Of a stretch of DNA of 64,000 bases, positions 22,545 to 33,760 are shown piece by piece (within the stretch, counting starts at the first letter, position 1; every line of letters begins with the position of its first letter). The DNA lies in assembly GCA_015140255.1 (NCBI GenBank), contig CP043993.1:143579-207578 (forward strand), read 5' to 3'. The notes below the pieces were generated by a model. That model searched no databases. It was given only the letters and a program-made list of their open reading frames with translations, and was not told the origin of the DNA. The translations under genes were made by a program, and so were the position numbers. The DNA is from Candidatus Stammera capleta. GTDB lineage: Bacteria; Pseudomonadota; Gammaproteobacteria; Enterobacterales; Enterobacteriaceae.

Positions 22545-22877
22545 ATGAATAAAAATATTTTAGATGTAGATAGTGATTCTTTTAAAAATGAAGTGTTAAA
22601 TTATAATGGATATGTATTAGTTGATTTTTGAGCAAGTTGATGTAATCCTTGTAAATTATTTGGTAAAATTTTTAGTAATGTTTATAAAAAATTTTATAAA
22701 AAAGTTAAGTTTGTTAAAGTAAATATAGAAAATTCCAGTCATATTCAAAATAAATATAATATTAGAAGTATTCCAACTATAATATTATTTAATAATGGTG
22801 TTATTTTATCTACTAAGGTAGGTTTATTAAAAGAATCTGATTTAATTAATTTTTTAAATTCTCATAAGTTAGATTAA
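22545..22877 (+). CDS. trxA: thioredoxin
   Basis: 110 aa. VLVDFW(TGA 22629)ASW(TGA 22638)CNPCK active-site region, and IRSIPTIILFNNG. Lies upstream of rho as in E. coli. Confidence 0.92.
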
Positions 22878-22923
22878 TTTTTATCTCTTCTCCAATTTAA
22901 TTATTAATAATTAAATATTTATT

Positions 22924-24186
22924 ATGAATCTTACGCAACTAAAAAATGTGTCAGTTTCTAAGTTAGTTATGCTTGGAAAAAAAATAGGTTTAGAAAATTT
23001 AGCTAGAATGCGTAAACAAGATATAATTTTTTCTATTTTAAAACAACACTCTAAAAGTGGTGAAGATATTTTTGGTCAAGGTGTATTAGAAATTTTACAA
23101 GATGGTTTTGGTTTTTTAAGATCTTCTGATAGTTCTTATTTAGCAGGTCCAGATGATATTTATGTTTCTCCTAGTCAAATACGTAGATTTAATTTAAGAA
23201 CAGGTGATACTATATCTGGTAAAATACGTCCTCCGAAAGAAACAGAACGTTATTTTGCTTTATTAAAAATTAATAAAGTTAATTATGATAAACCTGAAAA
23301 TTCAAAAAATAAAATACTTTTTGAAAATTTAACTCCTTTACATACTAATTGTCGTTTATATATGGAAATTGGAAATGGTTCTCAAAATGATATAACTTCA
23401 CGTGTATTAGATTTAGCTTCTCCTATAGGTAGAGGTCAAAGAGGTTTAATAGTTGCTCCTCCAAAAGCTGGTAAAACTATTTTATTACAAAATATTGCGC
23501 AGAGTATTAGTTATAATTATCCTAAATGTGTGTTAATAGTTCTTTTAATAGATGAAAGACCTGAAGAAGTTACTGAAATGTATCGTTTAGTAAAAGGTGA
23601 AGTTATAGCATCAACTTTTGATGAACCTGCTTTAAGACATATTCAAGTTTCAGAAATGGTAATTGAAAAAGCTAAAAGATTAGTAGAACATAAAAAAGAT
23701 GTTATTATTTTATTAGATTCTATTACTAGATTAGCTCGTGCATATAATACTGTTGTACCTTCTTCAGGAAAAGTTTTAACTGGTGGTATAGATGCTAATG
23801 CTTTGCATCGTCCTAAACGTTTTTTTGGTGCAGCTAGAAATGTTGAAGAAGGTGGTAGTTTAACTATTATTGCTACTGCTTTAATTGATACAGGTTCTAA
23901 AATGGATGAAGTAATATATGAAGAATTTAAAGGTACTGGTAACATGGAATTACATTTATCTCGTAAAATAGCAGAAAAAAGAATTTTTCCTGCTATAGAT
24001 TATAATAGATCTGGAACTAGAAAAGAAGAATTATTAACTTCCTTAGAAGAATTACAAAAAATATGGATTTTAAGAAGAATTATTCAACCAATGAATGAAG
24101 TAGATGCTATGGAATTCTTAATTAAAAAATTATCTATGACTAAAACTAATAGTGATTTTTTTAAAATGATGAAAAATAGTAATTAA
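22924..24186 (+). CDS. rho: transcription termination factor Rho
   Basis: 420 aa with long runs identical to E. coli Rho as I remember it: [141 protein letters not shown]. Confidence 0.98.
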   Translation: MNLTQLKNVSVSKLVMLGKKIGLENLARMRKQDIIFSILKQHSKSGEDIFGQGVLEILQDGFGFLRSSDSSYLAGPDDIYVSPSQIRRFNLRTGDTISGKIRPPKETERYFALLKINKVNYDKPENSKNKILFENLTPLHTNCRLYMEIGNGSQNDITSRVLDLASPIGRGQRGLIVAPPKAGKTILLQNIAQSISYNYPKCVLIVLLIDERPEEVTEMYRLVKGEVIASTFDEPALRHIQVSEMVIEKAKRLVEHKKDVIILLDSITRLARAYNTVVPSSGKVLTGGIDANALHRPKRFFGAARNVEEGGSLTIIATALIDTGSKMDEVIYEEFKGTGNMELHLSRKIAEKRIFPAIDYNRSGTRKEELLTSLEELQKIWILRRIIQPMNEVDAMEFLIKKLSMTKTNSDFFKMMKNSN

Positions 24187-24233
24187 ATATATTTTAAAAT
24201 TTACTATTATTAATATATAATAAATATATTATT

Positions 24234-24307
24234 GGTGGTTATAGCTCAGTTGGTAGAGCTCTGGATTGTGGTTCCGGGAGTCATGGGTTCGAATCCCATT
24301 AACCACC
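24234..24307 (+). tRNA. tRNA-His (anticodon GUG) with genomically encoded G-1
   Basis: G-GTGGTTATAGCTCAGTTGGTAGAGCTCTGGATTGTGGTTCCGGGAGTCATGGGTTCGAATCCCATTAACCACC. Resembles E. coli hisR. The extra 5' G pairs with C73. Confidence 0.92.
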
Positions 24308-24310
24308 TTT

Positions 24311-24384
24311 CGGTGAGTGGCGCAGCTTGGTAGCGCAACTGGTTTGGGACTAGTGGGTCGGAGGTTCAAATCCTCTCTCGCCGA
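24311..24384 (+). tRNA. tRNA-Pro (anticodon UGG)
   Basis: CGGTGAGTGGCGCAGCTTGGTAGCGCAACTGGTTTGGGACTAGTGGGTCGGAGGTTCAAATCCTCTCTCGCCGA. Near-identical to E. coli proM. Confidence 0.93.
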
Positions 24385-24401
24385 TTAATAATTTTAAATT
24401 T

Positions 24402-26036
24402 ATGAAAAATATATTAGTTACTTGTGCTTTACCATATTCTAATGGTCCTATACATTTAGGACATATTTTAGAGCATATACAGGCAGATATATGAGTTAAA
24501 TATCAAAGATTTTTTTTAGGTAATAATGTATATTTTATATGTGCTGATGATGCTCATGGAACTGCGATAATTTTAAAATCTATTGAATTAAATATAGATC
24601 CATTATTAATGATAAAAAATAATTTATCAGAACATAAAAAAATTTTTAGAAAATTTAATATTTCACATGATATTTATTTTTCTACACATAGTAAAGAAAA
24701 TTATTATTTTTCTTTATTATTATTAAATAAAATTAAATCTAAAAATTTATTAGTTAAAAAGAGTATTATGCAATATTATGATGTAGATAAAAAATTTTTT
24801 TTACCTGATAGATATATAAAAGGTATTTGTCCAATATGTAAATCAAAAGACCAATATGGTGATTATTGTAATATATGTAATAATATTTATTATTCTCATA
24901 ATTTAATTAATCCTATTTCATTATTATCTAATAAGAAACCAATTTTAAAAAAATCTAAACATTTATTTTTAAAAATTAATTCTTTTAAAAAAAAAATAGA
25001 GAAATGAATTTCTTTATGTTTTTTACAAAATGAAGTCAAAAATCAATTATTGTATTTACTTAATAAAAAATTAATTGATTGAAATATTTCACGTGATTTA
25101 CCTTATTTTGGTTTTAAAATTCCAGATAGTTTTATTAAAAAAAAATATTTTTATGTTTGATTTGATGCTCTTTTATGCTATATAAGTACCTTTAAGTATT
25201 TTTGTAAAATTAATAAATTTTCTTTTTTTAATAAATTTTGAAAAATTAATAATAATTACTATATATATAATTTTATAGGTAAAGATATATTATATTTTCA
25301 TGGATTATTATGACCTATAATATTAGATATATTAAATTTTAAAAAACCTACTTCTCTAATTGTACATGGACATGTTTTAATAAATGGTAAAAAAATGTCT
25401 AAATCATTAAATAATTTTATTAGTGGTAAAGATTGATTAAATATTTTAAATTCTGATAGTTTAAGATATTATTTTTCTACTAAATTATCTTTTAAAATAA
25501 ATGATATTAATTTATCTTTAGATGATTTTATTAAAACTATTAATTCAGAAATTGTAAATAAGTTTGTTAATATACCTTCAAGAATATATAAATTTCTTGA
25601 AAATTATTTTAATAATATTTTATCTGGTGAAATTTATAATATTAATTTTTATTATTATTTTGTTAATAAATTTAATTTAGTAAGTGATTATTATTTAAAA
25701 TTTAATTATAAAAATGTATTATATGAAGTTAATAATATGATTGATTTATTAAATAAATTTATAAATGATACTCAACCTTGGTTATTAATTAATTCTGAAA
25801 AAAAAATAAAGAAATTACATTCTTTTTGTACTACTATTATAAATATTTTTAAAATAATTTCTATTTATTTATATCCTATAGTACCAAATTTATTTTCAAA
25901 AATTGAAAAATTTTTAAATTTAAAATTAAGTATTAAAAATTTTCATATACCTATTTTAAATCATAAAATATCAAAATATGAAAAATTATTTTTACGTGTA
26001 GATAAATCAATTATAAATTATTTTAATAAATTATAA
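24402..26036 (+). CDS. metG: methionyl-tRNA synthetase (catalytic core only, no C-terminal appended domain)
   Basis: ATG 24402. [28 protein letters not shown](TGA)[32 protein letters not shown] zinc knuckle, [27 protein letters not shown]. All pieces in one frame, 544 aa. Confidence 0.93.
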
Positions 26037-26089
26037 TGTAGAAAATTATTAATATTTATTTTATATATAATAAAGAGGAAAATAATAAT

Positions 26090-26317
26090 ATGGTTTATTT
26101 AACTGTTCAAAAATCAGTAGAAAAAATCGGTAATAGATTTGATTTAGTTTTAATAGCTTCATATAGAGCTAGACAAATACAATATTTTTCTAAAAATACT
26201 TTTTTAAAAGATTCAAAAAATGATAAACCAACTATTTTAGCTTTAAGAGAAATAGAAAATGGTTTAGTAGATAAAAGTGTTTTAGATATTATTTTTAATA
26301 AAAAAATAACATTTTAA
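26090..26317 (+). CDS. rpoZ: RNA polymerase subunit omega
   Basis: 75 aa. TVQKSVEKIGNRFDLVLIASYRARQIQ and TILALREIENGL match E. coli RpoZ. Confidence 0.93.
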   Translation: MVYLTVQKSVEKIGNRFDLVLIASYRARQIQYFSKNTFLKDSKNDKPTILALREIENGLVDKSVLDIIFNKKITF

Positions 26318-26328
26318 TTTTTTTTAAA

Positions 26329-27528
26329 ATGAAATTTTATCTTGTTGGTGGAGCTGTAAGAGATAAATTATTAGGTATAAATATTAGAGATAAAGATTGA
26401 GTAGTGATTAATTCTTCATATAAAGAAATGATTGATTTAGGTTTTAAAGCTGTAGGTAATTATTTTCCTGTTTTTATTCATCCTATAACTAAAGAAGAAT
26501 ATGCTTTAGCTCGTACAGAAAAAAAAATTGGTTTAGGATATAATGGTTTTATATGTGATTTTTCTAATAAAATTACTTTAAAACAAGATTTATTTCGTAG
26601 AGATTTAACAATTAATGCTATAGCATTAGATGATAAAGGTAATTATTATGATCCTTATAAAGGTATAGAAGATATTAAAAATCGTATTATAAGACATATT
26701 TCTCATTATTTTTCTGATGATCCATTAAGAGTTTTTAGAGTAGCTCAATTTTATTCTCGTTTTTTAAATTTTAATTTTTCTATTTATCCTAAAACTTTAT
26801 TTCTAATGAGTAAAATATCATCTTCGGGTGAATTATTATCTTTAAGTGTAGAAAGAATTTGAATAGAAACTAAAAAAGTTTTAAAAAATTATAATATTTT
26901 CTGATATTTTAATATTTTAAATAAATGTAAAGCTTTAAAAATAGTTTTTCCAGAAATTATTTTTTTATTTAGAGATAATATTAAAAAACAATATTTTAAT
27001 TTATTATCTATTAGATTATTACATTTAAAATGTAGTACAAAATTAAATTTTTCTTTTGTCTGTTTTTTTTTTTATGAAACAATTTTATCAAAAAATTTTT
27101 TTTTAAATAAAAATTTTTATTTTTTAAAAATAAAAAATTTTTGTAAAAGATTATGTATTCCTAAAAAATATTTTTTATCATTTAAATTTTTATATAAATT
27201 TTTACTTAAGATTTTTTTTTTAAATAAAACTAAATTAGTTCAATATATTTTAGATATTTTTTATGAAATAGATATATGACGTAAACCTAAAATTTTATGA
27301 GATATTATAAGTATAATGAATATTTTTCAATTGTTACCTTTAAAAAATAAATTTTTCTTTTTATTTTTAAAAAATTATTTATTAGATATTTATAATACTA
27401 TTTTTATAATTAAAAATAAATATATAATTAAATTGGGTTTTAAAGGTATTGAAATAGGTAAGAAATTATATGAATTACGTTTTAAAAAAATTTTTTTTTT
27501 TATAAAAGAAAGAATAAATAAAAGTTAA
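26329..27528 (+). CDS. cca: CCA-adding tRNA nucleotidyltransferase
   Basis: [24 protein letters not shown](TGA)VV, FPVFIHPITKEEYALARTEKK, RRDLTINAIALDD, DPLRVFRVAQF. Pieces at 26329, 26404 and 27316 share one frame, 399 aa. The region aligned to the E. coli HD motif (LCHDLGK, HHGHG) reads FVCFFFYETILSK, so the HD phosphohydrolase signature appears lost. Confidence 0.9.
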
Positions 27529-28541
27529 AATTTTTCGTTTATTTTTCATTTTGGTTTAATTTTAATTTTAATATTTTGTTTATATTTTGTTTTTTTTTTC
27601 ATTTTTAAATATCCCGTATAAGCTATCATAGCAGCATTATCAGTACATAATTTTTTTTTAGTAAAAAAAGATTTTTTATTTATTTTTTTAGTCATTTTTT
27701 TAATTTTTTTTCTTAATGTATTATTAGCACTTACTCCTCCTACTACAGATAAATATTTTATGTTAAATTTTAATAATGCTTTTTTAGATTTATAAACTAA
27801 TATTTCTGTAATACTATCTTCTAAAGAAAAACATATATCACATTTAAATTGATATTTATTAATATTTTTTATGTTTTTTTTAATAAAATAATATACATGT
27901 GTTTTTAATCCTGAAAAACTAAAACAAAAATTATTTTTATTAATGATTGGTTTTGGAAAATTAAAATTTTTTTTACCAAATTTAGCCATTTTAGATATTT
28001 TTTTCCCGCTAGGATATTTAAGTCCTATCATATTACCAATTTTATCAAATGTTTCTCCTGCAGAATCATCTAAAGAATGTCCTATAATTTTATATTTTTC
28101 ATATTTATAAACTATTACTAAAAGAGTATGTGCTCCTGATGTAACTAATGATATAAATGGAAAAAGAGGTTTTTTTTTAGCTAACATAATAGACATTATA
28201 TGTCCTTCAATATGATTAATAGGTATTGAAGGTATTTTATATATTAATTCTAATGTTTTAGCTACAGTTGTACCTATTAATAATGAGTTAGGTAAACCTG
28301 GTCCTGCTGTAAATGCTATAGCATTTATTTTTTTAAATTTTATTTTTTTTTTTTTAAGTACTTTTTTAATTAAAAATATTATTTTTTTTGAATGATCTCT
28401 AGATGCTAATATTGGTACTACTCCTCCATATATAGAATGTATTTTTTGATTATAAATTTCATTAATTATTATACCTTTTTTTTTTGTATATATACTTATA
28501 CTAGTTTCATCACATGATGTTTCTATACCTAAAATTATCAT
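27525..28541 (-). CDS. tsaD: tRNA N6-adenosine threonylcarbamoyltransferase TsaD
   Basis: MIILGIETSCDETSISIY, ILASRDHS, PINHIEGHIMS, GGVSANNTLR, CTDNAAMIA. The C-terminus reads through TGA 27546 (..KPKW-KINEKF, compare E. coli ..RPRWPLAEL) to TAA at 27525-27527. Divergent from rpsU as in E. coli. Confidence 0.92.
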
Positions 28542-28622
28542 ATATTTTGTTTATTTTATTAATATGTTAATATTATATTTATTATATTATAATTAATGAT
28601 ATTTATTTAGTTGGATAAAATT

Positions 28623-28826
28623 ATGCCTTTGATTAAAATTAGAGATAACGAACCTTTTGATATTGCTTTACGTAGATTTAAAAGATTATGTGAAAAATCT
28701 GGTATTTTAACTGAAATTCGTAAAAGAGAATTTTATGAAAAACCATCTACGAAAAAAAAAAGAGCTAAAGCTTCAGCTATAAAAAGATATATTAAAAAAA
28801 TGTATAGAGAAAAAATACAAAATTAG
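28623..28826 (+). CDS. rpsU: 30S ribosomal protein S21
   Basis: [55 protein letters not shown] is nearly identical to E. coli S21. ATG 28623 is preferred over the track's upstream TTG at 28611. Stop is TAG. Confidence 0.95.
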   Translation: MPLIKIRDNEPFDIALRRFKRLCEKSGILTEIRKREFYEKPSTKKKRAKASAIKRYIKKMYREKIQN

Positions 28827-28845
28827 ATTTTTAATTTAAATATGT

Positions 28846-30579
28846 ATGAAATATGTTTCTCGTTCTTTTATTAAAGATTTATTATTTAGAACTGATATTG
28901 TTAAATTAATATCTTCTAAAATTAATCTTTGTAAAGTAGGAAATAGATATAAATGTTATTGTCCTTTTCATAAAGAAAATAATGCTTCGTTTATTGTAGA
29001 TAAAGAAAAAAAATTTTTTTATTGTTTTGGTTGTAAAATTTATGGTAATTCTATAGATTTTTTAATGAAATTTAATAATATTAATTTTTTAGAAAGTATT
29101 ATAGAACTTTCTAAATTTAATGGTGTTGAATTAATTTTAAATAAAAATAAAGATATAAATAAATTTAATAAAATTAAAAAAAAGTATTTTAAATTAATGC
29201 TAATTTTAACTAAAATATATCATAAATTTTTATTATTTAATATTAATATTAATTTGATAAAAAAATTTTTTTTATATAGAAATATAAATTTAGATATGAT
29301 AAAAAAATTTTTTCTTGGTTTTTCTAATTTTAATTTATTAAAATATTTAATAAAATTTTTTGATAAAAAAGAATTAGAATTTTTAATTAAATTTAATATT
29401 TTATTTAAAGATAAACAAGGTAATATCTATGATAGATTCTATAATAGAATTATTTTTCCTATATTTGATTTATATGGTAGAGTTATAGCTTTTAGTGGAA
29501 GATCATTAGTTAATAATAATATTAAATATATTAATTCTTCTAAAAATATTTTTTTTTCTAAAAAAAATTGTTTATATGGTTTAAATTACATTAAAAAAAA
29601 AACTAGATTAAATAAAATATTTATTGTAGAAGGTTATATAGATGTTATTTCTTTACATAAATTTAATTTTTTAAATACTGTTGGTTTATTAGGTAGTTCT
29701 ATAAATTTAGAACAAATTAAAATTTTATATTTTTACACAGATGTGTTATTTTTTTGTTTTGATGGTGATAATACAGGTTTTAGTGCAATTAAGAAAACAT
29801 TAAAATTATTATTATTTTTTATTAATGAAAAAAGAAAATCTTATTTTATTTTTTTACCTAAAGGAGAAGATCCTGATTCGATTTTAAGAAAAAATGATAA
29901 AAATAAGTTTAATAAATATATTAAAAATGCTAAATCTATTTTAGATGTTTTATTTGATATTTATTTATTTAAAAAAAATTTTATGATGTATGAAGAAAGA
30001 TTTATTTATATCAAAAAAATTTTATTTTTGATTAATAGAATTAATTCTCCTATTATAAAATGATTTTTAAATAGAAAATTATGTTTAAAAATTGGTTTAG
30101 AAAATAGTTATTTAGATAATTTAAAAAATTTAAAATTTAAAAGAATTAAATTTAAAAATAATAAATATATTTTAATTATTAGGTATTTAATTAGTTTATT
30201 ATTAAAAAATCTTTTTTTATCTAAATTAGTTAATATTTATGATAAAATATTTTATTTTAGTAAAATATCAAATCTTGGTTTATTTTTAAATATTATTAGT
30301 TTATGTGTTTTAAATAAAATTTATACTTTTAATAAAATTTTAGAAAAATTTTCTAGAAATTTTTTACGTTTTTATTTGGAATACTTATTTTTAAAAAATT
30401 ATTTTTCTAATAATATTAATGATAAATTATATTTTTTAAATTTTTTAAAAAAATTAAAAAATTTTTTAATAGATAGAAAATTAAATTTAATTTTTAAAAA
30501 AGGATTTTTAAGTGATTTTAGTTTAAAAAAAAAAAAAAAAATATGATATTTAATAAAATTAAAAAATTTTTTTAAATAA
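28846..30579 (+). CDS. dnaG: DNA primase
   Basis: CHC2 zinc finger CYCPFHKENNASFIVDKEKKFFYCFGCKIYGNSIDFLM, RIIFPIFDLYGRVIAFSGR, TOPRIM IFIVEGYIDVISL...DGDNTGFSA. Reads through TGA 30061-30063 and a 17-A run to TAA 30577-30579. 577 aa. Confidence 0.9.
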
Positions 30580-30611
30580 ATTATTTATTTTAAATTAATT
30601 TATGGATTTAT

Positions 30612-32408
30612 ATGAATAAAAAAAAAAAAAATTATTTAAACTTATTAATTAATAAAGGTAAAGAAAAAGGTTATGTAACTTTTTCTCAAATAAATAATAG
30701 TATATTTATAAATAAACATTTAGAATCATTACAATTTGAAGAAGTAGTAAATATAATTAGTAATTTAGGTATTCCAGTAATAGAGGATAATTCTGAAGTT
30801 AATGAGTTAATTTTTAATGAAAATAATACTACTAATATATCATCTAGTGATGTTTCTGATATTATTTTATCTAAAGTTAATTCTGATGTAGGTAAAACTA
30901 ATGATCCAGTAAGAATGTACATGAGAGAAATGGGTACTGTAGAATTACTTACTAGAGAAGATGAAATTAATATAGCTAAATATATTGAAAATAATCTTAA
31001 AAAAATGCAATTTTATTTAGCTAAATTTTTAAAATCTATTGATTATTTTTTAAATCAATATTCTTTAGTAAAAAAAGGTAAATTACGTTTATGTGATTTA
31101 ATTATTGGTTTTGTAGATTATAATATTGATTTTTCTTTATTAACAGATTCATATTCTTTATTTAATATTAAAAAAAAGAATAATAATAGTTTATGTTATA
31201 TATATATAAATTTTATAAAAAAAAAATTTGATTGTTTATATTTTCAATATAATTTATTAAAAAAATTTATTGATATATATACTATTAATCATCCTTATAC
31301 TAAATATGAATTAAATAAATTAATTAATATTTTTATGGAATTTAAATTATCTCCTAAACAATTTAATTATTTAATATTAAAACATAAAAATATAGTAAAG
31401 AAAATTTTTTCTGTTGAAAAAAATATTTTTAATTTATGTGTAAAAAAATGTTTTGTGCCTAAAAATATTTTTTATAAATTTTTTTTAAAATATGGAACTA
31501 ATAAAAAATGATTATTTAAAGTTATTAATATGAATCAATTTTGATCAATAAAATTAAAAAAATATTTAATTAAATTAAATAATAAATTAAATATTTTATT
31601 TAATATAGAAAAAAAAGTTTGTTTAAATATTTTAAAAATTAAAAAAATTAATAGATTTCTATTACATAGTGAACATAAAGCTAATAAAGCTAAAAAAAAT
31701 ATGGTAGAAGCTAATTTGAGGTTAGTTATATCTATAGCAAAAAAATATACTAATAGAGGTTTACAATTTTTAGATTTAATACAGGAAGGAAATATAGGTT
31801 TAATGAAAGCTGTAGATAAATTTGAATATAAGAGAGGTTATAAATTTTCTACTTATGCTACATGATGGATTAGACAAGCTATTACTAGATCAATAGCTGA
31901 TCAAGCACGTACTATTAGAATACCTGTTCATATGATAGAAACTATTAATAAATTAAATAGAATTTCTAGACAAATATTACAAGAGATAGGTAGAGAACCT
32001 ACTCCAGAAGAGTTATCAGCTAAAATGTTAATTTCAGAAGATAAGATTAGAAAAGTTTTAAAGATAGCTAAAGAACCTATTTCTATGGAAACTCCTATAG
32101 GAGAAGATGAAGATTTACATTTAGGTGATTTTATAGAAGATTCTTCAATAGAATTACCTTTAGATTCAGCAACTTCTGAAAGTTTAAAATCAGTAACTAA
32201 TAATATTTTATCGAGTTTAACTCCTAGAGAAGCTAAAGTTTTAAGAATGCGTTTTGGAATAGATATGAATAGTGATCATACATTGGAAGAAGTAGGTAAA
32301 CAATTTGATGTTACTAGGGAAAGGATTAGACAAATAGAAGCTAAAGCATTACGTAAATTACGTCATCCTAGTAGATCAGAGATTTTACGTAGTTTTTTAG
32401 ATGATTAA
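30612..32408 (+). CDS. rpoD: RNA polymerase sigma-70
   Basis: [73 protein letters not shown](TGA 31863)W(TGG)[55 protein letters not shown]. 598 aa. Confidence 0.97.
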
Positions 32409-32460
32409 ATTTTAATTTAAATTTATTTTCAAATTATTCAAATTAATTTATAATATTTTT

Positions 32461-33018
32461 ATGGAAAACTTTAATGAAAATGATGTAAAAAAAAAGATGG
32501 ATAAATGTATTAGTTCTTGTCAAACTAATATAGTTAAATATAATATAAATCATGTAAATACTAAATTAATTTCTGATTTATCAATAGATTATTACGGTAA
32601 TAAAATTTCTTTATATAAAATTTCTAGAATAATTATTGAAAGTTCTAATTCTTTACGTATTTCTCTATTTGATAATTCTATAAAAAAATCTGTTAAAAAA
32701 TGTATTTATTTATCTAAATTAGATTTAAATATAATAGATGATAAAAATGATTTAATTGTTTATTTACCTTTATTAACTAAAGATAGAAAAATTAAAATTT
32801 TAAAATTACTTAAAAATGAAATAGAATTAAGTAAAATATCAATTAGAAGCGTACGAAGAGAATTTAAAAATAAATTTAAATTACTTTTAAAAAATAAAGT
32901 TATTAGTAAGGATGAAGAAATTTATATAAATAGTAAATTACAAAAAATTACTGAATTATATATAAAAAAATTAGAAGTTATTTTAACAAATAAAAAAAAT
33001 ATTTTGTTTTCTAATTAA
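32461..33018 (+). CDS. frr: ribosome recycling factor
   Basis: 185 aa. ..MDKCISSCQTNI.., IDYYG, LPLLTKDRKIKILKLLKNE.E..KISIRSVRRE resemble Frr. Confidence 0.9.
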   Translation: MENFNENDVKKKMDKCISSCQTNIVKYNINHVNTKLISDLSIDYYGNKISLYKISRIIIESSNSLRISLFDNSIKKSVKKCIYLSKLDLNIIDDKNDLIVYLPLLTKDRKIKILKLLKNEIELSKISIRSVRREFKNKFKLLLKNKVISKDEEIYINSKLQKITELYIKKLEVILTNKKNILFSN

Positions 33019-33026
33019 TTTTATTT

Positions 33027-33737
33027 ATGAAAAAAAAACCTTTTCATATTGCTATTATTATGGATGGTAATGGAAGATGAGCACAAAAAAGAGGTAAATC
33101 TAGAATTATAGGGCATAGATATGGTGCTTTATCTTTAAAAAAGATAATAAATTTTTCTATTAAAAAAAAAATAAATATACTTACTTTATATGCTTTTAGT
33201 ACTGAAAATTGATCTAGACCTTATTTAGAAGTATTAGAATTAATGAAATTATTTACTTTTTCTATTAAAAATTTTATGTATGAATTACATGAAAAAAATG
33301 TTTGTGTGAATATTATTGGTGATAGAAAAAAATTATCTAAAAATTTAGTTTTTTATATTAATAAAATAGAATTTTTAACTAAAAATAATAAAGGTTTAAT
33401 ATTAAATATAGCTATAAATTATAGTGGTAAATGAGATTTGGTTAATTGTGTAAAAAAAATATATTTTTTAATTAAAAAGAAAAAAATTAAAATTAATGAT
33501 ATTAATGAAAATTTTGTAAATAATAATTTATGTTTAAGTAATTTACCTGATATAGATTTATTAATTAGAACTGGTGGTGAAAAGAGAATTAGTAATTTTT
33601 TTTTATGAAAAATTGCTTATTCAGAATTATTTTTTACAGATATATTATGACCAGATTTTAGTAGTGAAGATTTTTTAAATATTTTAAATAATTTTTCAAA
33701 AAGAAATAGAAGATTTGGAAAAATATTTTTTTCTTAA
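33027..33737 (+). CDS. uppS: undecaprenyl diphosphate synthase
   Basis: HIAIIMDGNGRW(TGA)AQKRG, LTLYAFSTENW(TGA)SRP, NIAINYSGKW(TGA)D, DLLIRTGGEKRISNFFLW(TGA), RRFG. 236 aa. Confidence 0.93.
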
Positions 33738-33760
33738 TTTTTAAGTATTTATTATTATTT

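Noticed and set aside
28611-28622. Upstream alternative starts suggested by the ORF track: TTG 28611 for rpsU and ATG 51734 for rplJ.
   Set aside because: S21 orthologues begin MPVIK.., matching ATG 28623. For rplJ, a GAGGA motif lies inside the putative extension at the right distance from ATG 51749.
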